From the human T2T-CHM13v2.0 reference genome, Homo sapiens, in the NCBI GenBank assembly GCA_009914755.4, contig CP068257.2, positions 25,632,001-25,696,000 of the forward strand: a stretch of 64,000 bases of DNA, written 5' to 3'. Below, in pieces: positions 54,721 to 64,000 of the stretch (positions are counted from its first letter, which is position 1; each line of letters starts with the position of its first letter). The position numbers and the translations under genes are program-made. The notes below the pieces were generated by a model that was given only the letters and a program-made list of their open reading frames with translations, was not told where the DNA came from and searched no databases.

Positions 54721-56804
54721 GAGACAAGAAAAGATAGCCCATTCTTATTTTTGCCTTTTAAAATTTCAGTACTGGGACATTTCTTCCTTGAAAAAATAAA
54801 CTTTTTTGTTGACCCATACAAAATGGAATGATAGCAGTGCCCACCGTAACAGAGACTTCATTTATTTCACCACTTGTACACATTTTCACTTCATGTAGAC
54901 ATCTGATTGTTCTATGAGAGATTCTATGATTGTTCTATGAGACCCAGCTATATTTATGAAGATGAATATTATTTAAACAGATAGATAAGATTAAAAGAGA
55001 AGATAGACTGGGAAAAGGATACATTTAGTATAGATTTCGGGGAGTTTGAAGCAAGGCAACTATGATATAATTCTAGATGTATTATTTACATTTTATAACT
55101 TTTTCTTTCCAACCATTCTCCACACTTCATCTCACAGGTTTTTAAAAAACTAATCTATTTACTAAATAGTATGCCACTGATAATCTGGAAACATCCAATA
55201 CCAAGTATTTTTGATTATAAACGTATTCTTGTCTTTAATAAAATAAATGATAAAATGACAATAGGGATTGAGTTTGGCACTGTAAATTTTTGTAATTGCT
55301 TGATTCCTGCTAATATTAATGAAATAATCTAATGCTTCAAAATTCACTTATTGAATAGTCATTTCAGTGCTGGTATTATCCTTGATTGAAAAAGACACTA
55401 TTATCCAAAGTCTTTAAACAGATATTTACTAAAGAAAATATTCCTTGTGATGAGTCTAAACATTGTCAGAGGATAAATTTTCTATGTGAAACACTAGTAA
55501 TATTTTGTATATTAAGGTATTTTTAAGCTTGGAGTTGCTTATGAATGCTGTTACCTGTTTTACTCATATTGTAGGGATGTCTTACTGTTCTCTGGTCTCC
55601 TCATTCATATTATAAAGTTGTAGCTGGAAAGTAGGTGCCAAACTAGTCATTATATTGTCTGTCTTCCCCACCCCTAACAGCCCCCTTTATTGCTATATGT
55701 AGAAGCTACTGGACCTGACTGAATGCAAGTACAAGTGGTATGTGCCAGTTTAGGACCAAAGCTTTCAATAAGTGGGTGTGCTCCTTTCTGAACTGGGTGC
55801 TTCAACTTCTGCTGTCTGATTGTTGAAGACAGTGAGGCCCAATGGGATGGTGGAACAAGAGAGTGAAAGGAGCCTAGGTACATGAATGGCAGCATGCCTG
55901 AAAGCAAATCCCTCAACTGGAAGACTTTGCCCAAGATTAAAATATTAATGGGATCAAAACTTCCATTGCTTCCACCTCTATCTCTTTGGATCTGTTTTTA
56001 AAGCAGTTAGCCTACTCAACCAATGAGGCTTTGTTTTTTTTTTTAATCACCATTCTTATAAAAACCTTTAAATGATGAATTCGATGTTTTCTAGATTGCA
56101 ATTTCCAAAACAGCAGGGTTGGTGTGTAATTTGTGCACTTTTGGGAACGTACAGTGCTTGTCACTTTGTAAATGCTTAATAGATGTGTGATGAAAGAAAA
56201 AAGAAAACATTCTAGAATACACTGAAAAAGTTATGTTTAGTTTTGTCTGACTCACGAGTAAACATATGGCTCTTATGTTTTTAGCAAATATCAAGTTTTG
56301 AATTTCAACCCAAGTAAAATGTTTCTCCCGTGGCTCCCTGACAGAACATTCCCAGCTGTTTCAATGCAGAGCTCTGACAGCTTCTAGAGCAAGAGTCAAT
56401 ATTAGTTAATGGTCCAGCTGCAATTGCGACTATTTTATTTCATCACAATGACAACTTAGATTCCTTCTCCTACTATTTCCTTTGAGATTAGTGCTGCTGA
56501 ACTTTAGTATTCACAGCTACTCACAGAGCTGTGACTATAAACCCTTTCGAGTTATTCATTATTAGTTCCTACACAACATGTTCTAATTAACTCATAATAA
56601 ATCCTCCAAAATACTGCATATGTTACATTTTTCATTAGGATCTAATTGGAAGGAAGCTGCATCACTTTCCTTCTGTTAGTAAGCCATCTTTCTTTACATT
56701 GCATGATGCATTTTAGTTTGACATGACGATTATTCCATTCCATCAATGACCCAGATTACGTTCTTCCTTCCGTAACAGAATGTATTGTAAAATAATGAAA
56801 CTGA

Positions 56805-57262
<458 letters not shown>

Positions 57263-59333
57263 TTAACAGACTTCTTAATAGACCCTTAATATTAAGAAAA
57301 ACTTAATAGAGCCTCTTTAGATTTGTTATTAGAATACTGAATTCATTGGAAGAAATTCTAGCATTGTTCTTTTGATTGTGTGTTTTCTGGAAAGAACTTT
57401 ACTTCCACAGTAGTTAAAATAACATACAGATGAAGAATATATATGCTTGTTAATCTTATGTGTTGTGTATGTGTGTGTTGTGTGTGTGTTTGGTTCTTTT
57501 GTGCTGTGATTTGTTTTAAAAGAATTTCAGTACAATCAGAGAATAACAATCTTAGAAGACATATTACAGTTCCCATAATTAAACCTCTCACTGTTGGAGG
57601 TTCTTGCACAGATGTTGTAAAAAATAAAAACAAAAACAAAAAATGAAACATCTTTGTCAGATGAAAAGTGCCATTGCTAGTCTTTCTTCAGTAATGTTAC
57701 TAAATAAATGTCAGGCTTACCTCATTCGTCTATGGTTATTGTCAGACTGACTCATGTTTCTGCTTAAAAATAATAATAAAAATAATAATAATAAAAGCTG
57801 CCATAGTTGTTATGAATGGTTTAGAATAGTGTAGTCACTTTTTAATTTGAAATACAGAAAATAAAGGAGCTTTGAAGCCGTGTTCAGAGTCCTATAAATT
57901 TGTATACTCAAAGATGAGATTATTGGCAGAGGGCATATGTAGGTAGCAGTTAGTATTCCTCAAAATACGTACACCCACATCTCAGAAATATGGGTAAGTT
58001 TAGAAGGTGGTAGAAAATATATTTACATAACTGTTAAAGCTTTCTAAAACAATTTTTAAAGCATTTCAAGTTTTCTAAAAAACAATCTAGCATTTAATCA
58101 TCACTTTAGTTTAAGATGATGTACGTATATAAAATATTTAGTTATTTGAAATGCTTTCCACTGATGTCTTTGATAAACGTTTGATTTAAAGAAATAATAA
58201 TATGGGCAGAGCAAAAACAAAGTGTTTCTCAAATTGTTGTAACAGCTGTATTATTTATAATTGAACTAAACTAGTCAAAGCTCTTACCCTGTCTGGTTGT
58301 GACAACAAATGTTGTGGTCAGTTAAATTTACTTTGAAATTCTTTAGATGGAAACTATTTTATAGATTCCAATTTGTTTGCTTAAAAAATATACATGGCAA
58401 TATCTATGTTCAATTGTACAGCAGAGATTCTAAAACTGTCCAAAGTTGAAAGTTAAATCCTATATGCATATGTATTGTATTTACTCAGCATGATGTTAAA
58501 TTTTAAAGCAGCATCACAAAATGAATAAAATAATTTCATGTGTTCCAAAATAAGTGAAAAGCCAGTGTTTCACCACCACTTCTCTTAATCGCTAGGATTA
58601 TGATATGCGGAATCATTTGAGAGGCAGGGCATGAGATTTTGAGTAATGAAAAACATCTTGAACAAAGGCTTTGAAATGGGGGTGAATCATGGCATTTGGA
58701 TTTGCTATAGTGAGAAAATCTAGGTATAAAGGGATGAGAAGCAAGACTAAAATGACAATAGAGGGATTGCAAAGGAAATAACAGATACTCATATCTAGAA
58801 CACTGACAGAGCTTGGAGCATTTCTGGAAGTAGGGAATTAAAGAGAAATGAAGAATCAAAGACAACAAAAACATAATTTGGACAGGGAAGATTAAAAGTA
58901 TCCCAAAGATTATAGAGACTGTAAAAAGATATTAGCTTAAGCTTTAAGAAAGGAAACCACAGCATGTTGGACATTCTGGGTCTAGCTAATTATAGTTTCT
59001 GAGAAAACATGGTGGAGATAAAAAAAATTGCTCGTCTCTCAAATTCAAGATAAAATATGCACATTTTCTTCAAAATTATAAAAAAAACCCACTATTTTCA
59101 CATGTTATTCATGGAGTCTGGAACATTTTTGAAACAAGTGCATTCGTCAGTCTTTATAACTGTAGAAAAATTATATGGTAAGTATGATTAGGATCAAAAT
59201 AATTACCCTTGCAAATCAAGTAAAAGTAGACAAGCTTTTAATATTATATTTTCAAATAGCCTGAATCTAAAATTTTAATTTTACACAACTGTATTCTCAT
59301 TTAAGAGGATTTAAGGGGAAAAATACAGTCCAG

Positions 59334-59615
59334 GCCAGGTGGCTCACACCTATAATCCTAGCAATTTGGGAGGCTAAGACAGTAGGATCACTACAGCCCA
59401 GGATTTCAAGACTAGCTTGGAAACATAGTGAGACCTCATCTCGTCAAAAACTAAAACATTAGCCAGGCATGGTGGTGTCTGCTTATAGTCCCAGCCACTC
59501 GGGAGGCTGAGGTAAAAGGATCTCTTGAGCCCAGTAAGTTAAAGTTACAGTGAGCTCTGATCCTGCCATTGCAGTCTAGCCTGGGTGACAGTGAGATTTC
59601 GTCTCAAAATAAAAG
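59334..59615 (+). mobile_element. AluJ-like SINE (old, diverged)
   Basis: ggccaggtggctcacacctataatcctagcaatttgggaggctaagacagtaggatcac...gcctgggtgacagtgagatttcgtctcaaaataaaagg. Confidence 0.88.
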
Positions 59616-61152
59616 GGGTGGGGAATTAGTAACATTTTCTTATCTAGCCCATTCCTCTCTTTGACAGGTATTTTAAAAAGCAAACAACCACAACCAAACA
59701 AAACTTGATTGGCCAAGTCTCCTAAGTTGTAGTTGTTAGTGTCATTGGTTTCTCAAGTGCTTTTAGAAGTTTAGAAGGCTGGTGTGTGTGTATGTGTTTT
59801 CTACAACTTACTATTCATTATTTTTTAAGAATGCGTAAATAATCACTTGATGTTATTATGCCTAATAGATGATGTTTAACACACTGACAAAAAGAAAATA
59901 TGTACTCATACAGAAATACTGTGATTTAGGTCACTTACATACTTGGGAGGAGCAAATCCTGCTGATTTTGAGTGTGTTGAAATGCTGAAGCTATTTTTCA
60001 CATGTTTTGGGTCTGTTTCTTTTTTAAGTTTTTTTTTTTTCTCATTATTTGAAAACCCAATGGAACTGTAATAAAACTGGGAAAATGTGATCCATATGTT
60101 TTGGAATCTTTTACAATTAAATCATCAAATTACCATTCAAAATATTTTGAACATTGAATATAAATGGCCTAAATGCTCCACTTAAAAGACACAGAGTGGC
60201 AGAATGGATTAAAATCCACCAACCAATTACCTGCTGTCTTGAAGAGACTCACCTAACACATAAGGACTCACATAAACTTAAGGTAAAGGGGTTAAAAAAA
60301 GATATTCCATGCAAACGGAAACTAAAAGCAGGAACAGTTATTCTTATATCCATCAAAACATACTTAAAAAAACTATAGTTAAAAAAGACAAAAAGGGACA
60401 TTATATAATGATAAAAGGATTAGCCCAACAGGAAAATATCACAATCTTAAATATGTATGCACCGAACACTGCAGCTCCCAAATTTATAAAACAATTACTA
60501 CTAGAACTAAGAAATAAGATAAATGGCAACCCAATAATAGTGGGGGATGTCAATACTCCACTGATATCACTAGACAGGTCATCAAGACAGAAAGCCAACA
60601 AAGATACAATGAACTAAAACTAAACCTTAGAAAATGGACTTAACAGATACTTACAGAACATTCTACCCAACAAATGCAGAATATACATTCTCTTCATCAG
60701 CACATGGAACATTCTCCAAGATATACCATATGATAGGCCACAAAACAAGTCTCAATAAATTTAAGAAAATCAAAATTATATTAAGTACTCTGTCACTCCA
60801 CAGTGGAATAAAACTAGAAATTAACTCCAAAAAGAATCCTCAAAACTATACAAATATATGGAAATTAAATAATCTGCTCCTGAATAATCACTGGGTCAAC
60901 AATGAAATCCAGATGGAAATTTAAAAATTTTTTTAATTAAATGGTAATAGCAACACAACCTATCAAAATCTCTGTGATATTGCAAAAGTGGTGCCAAGAG
61001 GAAACTTCATAGCATTAAATACCTATGTCAAAAAGTCTGAAAGAGCATTAATAAACAATCTAAGCTCATACCTCAAGGAACTAGAGAAATAAGAACAAAC
61101 CAACCAAAACCCTACAGAAAAAAAAAAAAAGAAATAATGAAGATTAGAGCAC

Positions 61153-61517
61153 TCAGTTCCACATGGCTGGGGAGGCCTCACAATCATGGTGGAAAGTGAA
61201 GGAGGAGCAAAGGCACATCTTACATGGTGGCAGGCAAGAGAGCATGTGCAGGGGAATTGCCCTTTACAAAACCATCAGCTCTCGTGAGAGTTATTCACTA
61301 TCATGAGAACAGCAAGGGAGGAACCTACCCACATGATTCAATTACCTCCAACAGGGTCCCTCACATGACATATGGGGATTTGGGGAGCCATTAGGTTGGT
61401 GCAAAAGTTATTGCTCTTTTTGCTATTACTTTTAATGGCAAAAACCGTGATTAATTTTGCACCAAACTAATACAATTTAAGATGATATTTGGGTGAGGTC
61501 ACAGCCAAACTATATCA
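61153..61517 (-). mobile_element. THE1-type MaLR LTR (5-prime-deleted) nested in the plus-strand L1
   Basis: ctcagttccacatggctggggaggcctcacaatcatggtggaaagtgaagg...catatggggatt [MADE1] tacaatttaagatgatatttgggtgaggtcacagccaaactatatca. L1 ORF2 sequence flanks both sides. Confidence 0.8.
61391..61470. mobile_element. MADE1 (Hsmar1-derived mariner MITE, 80 bp palindromic) inserted at a TA within the THE1 LTR
   Basis: ttaggttggtgcaaaagttattgctctttttgctattacttttaatggcaaaaaccgtgattaattttgcaccaaactaa matches the MADE1 consensus, ttaggttggtgcaaaagtaattgcggttttt gccatt..aatggcaaaaaccgcaattacttttgcaccaacctaa. Confidence 0.85.
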
Positions 61518-62484
61518 ACATTAGTGAGATTAACCAAGAAACAAAGAGAGAATATCCAAATAAGTTCAATTAGAAACAAAATGGGAAATAGTACAGAAGA
61601 TGCCACAGACATACAAAATATCATTCAAGGCTACTATGAACACCTTTATGTGCATAAACTAGAAAACCTGGAGGAGCTGAATAAATCCCTGGAAATATAC
61701 AGCCCTCCTAGATTAAACTAAGAAGAAATGGAAACTCTGAACAGAACAAAAACAAGCAGCAAGATTGGAATTGTGATTTAAAAATTACCAACAAAAAAAA
61801 AATGCCCCCAAGACCGGATGGATTCACAATTGAATTACAGCAGGCATTCAAAGGAGGATTGGTACCAATCCTATTGACACTATTCCAAAAGATAGAGAAA
61901 GAGGGAATCCTCCCTAAATCGTTCTATGAAGCCAGTATCACCCTAATACAAAAACCAAGGAAGGGCACAACAAAAAAAGAAAACTACAGACAGATATCCC
62001 TGATGAACGTAGATGAAAAAATCCTCAACAAAAAACTAGCTAACTGAATTCAACAGTGTATCAGAAAGGTAATCCACCATGATCAAGTCAGTTTCCTACT
62101 AGGGATGCAGGGATGGTTTAACATCCACAAGTCAATAAATGTGACACACCAAGTAAACAGAATTAAAAACAAAAATCATGTGATCCTCTCAATGGATGCA
62201 GAAAAAGCATTTGGCAAAATCCAGCATCTTTTTATAATTAAAACCTTCAGCAAAATTGGGTTAGAAGGGACATATCTTAACGTAATAAAAGCCATCTATG
62301 ACAAACCCACAGCCAACATTATACCAAATGGGGAAAAGTTAAAATCACTCCCCAAGAACTGGAGGAAGACAAGGATGCCCACTTTCACCAACTTCTACTC
62401 AACATAGTACTGAAAGTCTTAGCCAGAGCAATCAGACAAGAGAAAGAAATAAAGGGCATCCAAATAGGTAAAGAAGTCAAACTG

Positions 62485-62573
62485 GGAGGCAGAGCTTGCA
62501 GTGAGCTGAGATCGAGCCACTGGACTCCAGCCTGGGAGACAGAGCCAGACTCCATCTCAAAAAAAAAAAAAAA
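62485..62573 (+). mobile_element. 5-prime-truncated Alu fragment (3-prime 70 bp plus A17 tail) with 14-bp TSD, nested in the L1
   Basis: ggaggcagagcttgcagtgagctgagatcgagccactggactccagcctgggagacagagccagactccatctcaaaaaaaaaaaaaaaaa. TSD aagaagtcaaactg at 62471-62484 and 62574-62587. Confidence 0.9.
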
Positions 62574-64000
62574 AAGAAGTCAAACTGTTGCTGTTAGCTG
62601 ATGATGTGATTGTATACCTAGAAAACCCTAAACACTCATTGAAAAAGCTCCTAGATCTGATCAATGAATTCAGTAAAGTTTCTGAGTACAAAATAAATGT
62701 ACACATGTCAGTAGCGCTGCTATACACTTAACGGCGACCAAGCTGAGAATCAAATGAAAAACTCAACCCCTTTTACAACAGCTGCAAAAAATAAAATAAA
62801 ATGCTTAAGAATATACCTAACCAAGGAGGCAAAATATCTCTACAAGAAAAAACACAAAACACTGCTGAAAGAAATAATAGATGACACAAACAAATGGAAA
62901 TAGATTCCATGCTTATGGATGGGTAGAATCAATATTGTGAAAATGACCATACTTCCAAAAGTAATTTACAAGTTCAATGCAATTCACATGAAAACACCAT
63001 CATCATTCTTCACAGAACAAGAAAACAAAATTCTAAAATTTATGAGACAAAAAAGAGCCCATATAGCCAAAACAAAAATGAACCAAAAGAACAAGTCTGG
63101 AGGCATCACATTACCGAAATTCAAACTATACTCTAAGGCCATAATCACCCAAATAGCATGCTACTGGTATAAAAACAGACACGTAGACTAATGGAACAGA
63201 ATAGAGAGCCCAGAAATAAAGCCAAATACTTACAGCCAACCGAACTTCAACAAAGCAAGCAAAAGCATAAAGTGGGGAAAGGACACCGTATTCAACACAT
63301 GGTGCTGGGATAATTGACAAGCCACATGTAGAAGAATGAAACTGGATTCTCGTTTCTCACTTTATATAAAAATCAACCCAGGATGGATTAAAGACTTTAA
63401 TCTACAATGTGAAACCATAAGAATTCTAGAAGATAACATTGAAAAATTCTTCTAGGCATTGGCTTAGGTGAAGAGTTCATGACCAAGAACCCAAAAGCAA
63501 AAGCAACAAAAACAAAAATAAATAGATGGGACTTAATTAAACTAAAAAGCTTCTGCACAGCAAAAGAAATAATCAGCGGAGTAAACAGACAAACCATAGA
63601 GTGGGAGAAAACTTTTGCAAGCTATGCATCCAAGAAAGGACTAAAATCCAGGATCTTATAGGAACTAAAACAAGTCAGTGATAAATAATAATAATAATCA
63701 TTATCATCATACTCCTCATCAAAAAGTAGTCTAAGGACATAAATAGAAAATTCTCAAAAGAAGATATACAAATGGCCAACAAACATATGAAAAAATGCTC
63801 AACATCACAAAATGCAAATCAAAACCACAATATGATACCAACTTACTCCTGCAAGAATGGCCATAATTAAAGAATCAAAACATAGTATATGTTGCCGTGA
63901 ATGTGCTGAAAAGGGAACACTTTTACACTGCTCTTGGGAATGTAAATTAGCACCATCACTATAGGTAACAGTATGGAGAATCCTTAAAGAAGTAAAAATA

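Larger units (their letters stand above)
60154..63950 (+). pseudogene. Degenerate L1 ORF2 (EN-RT-C-terminal domain) coding remnant
   Basis: A series of 64-102 aa ORF fragments, all with L1 ORF2 similarity, interrupted by stops and by the nested insertions. Confidence 0.8.
60150..64000 (+). mobile_element. Older L1 LINE (L1PB/L1MA-like), 5-prime truncated at about the ORF2 start and continuing past the window end. It carries nested THE1+MADE1 and an Alu fragment.
   Basis: Plus-strand ORFs match L1 ORF2: 60154-60378 (MNINGLNAPLKRHRVAEWIKIHQPITCCLEETHLTHKD...), the EN domain at 60309-60617, the RT domain at 62105-62407 ([73 protein letters not shown]), and the C-terminal region through 63191 and beyond. 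Confidence 0.9.

Overview
This 64 kb window reads as primate, most likely human, nuclear DNA. It is AT-rich, CpG-poor and dominated by interspersed repeats; nothing in it looks prokaryotic or operon-like. Families were assigned by eye from remembered consensus sequences, not by a search, so each call should be confirmed with RepeatMasker/Dfam.

What I can support directly from the sequence:
- At least 13 Alu SINEs, several AluY, many with intact target-site duplications (TSDs).
- Two large 5-prime-truncated, older L1 LINEs: one on the minus strand at about 36.4-42.2 kb and one on the plus strand from about 60.15 kb to the window end. There are also three smaller L1 pieces.
- Six THE1/MST-type MaLR LTRs, two of them nested inside the L1s.
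- A MADE1 (Hsmar1) MITE nested inside one of those THE1 copies.
- MLT1-like ancient LTR fragments.
- A minus-strand class III (ERVL-like) provirus fragment at about 43.5-47.3 kb: LTR, a tRNA-Leu-like primer-binding site, degenerate gag, a protease with a DTGS motif, and a reverse transcriptase with DYRKLN and YIDG motifs. It ends abruptly at the start of RNase H.
- A 1 kb array of about 113-bp tandem repeats (about 9 copies) lying between that ERV and the L1 5-prime end.
- Assorted microsatellites and homopurine/homopyrimidine tracts.

I find no convincing protein-coding exon, RNA gene, CpG island or promoter. Every long ORF in the six-frame track lies in a transposable-element remnant, an Alu, or the tandem array. 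The sequence does not support a novel biological system. What deserves a second look is structural: the tandem array and its sharp junction with the ERV, the nested-insertion chronology, young AluY insertions with long tails that may be polymorphic, and a few local duplications.
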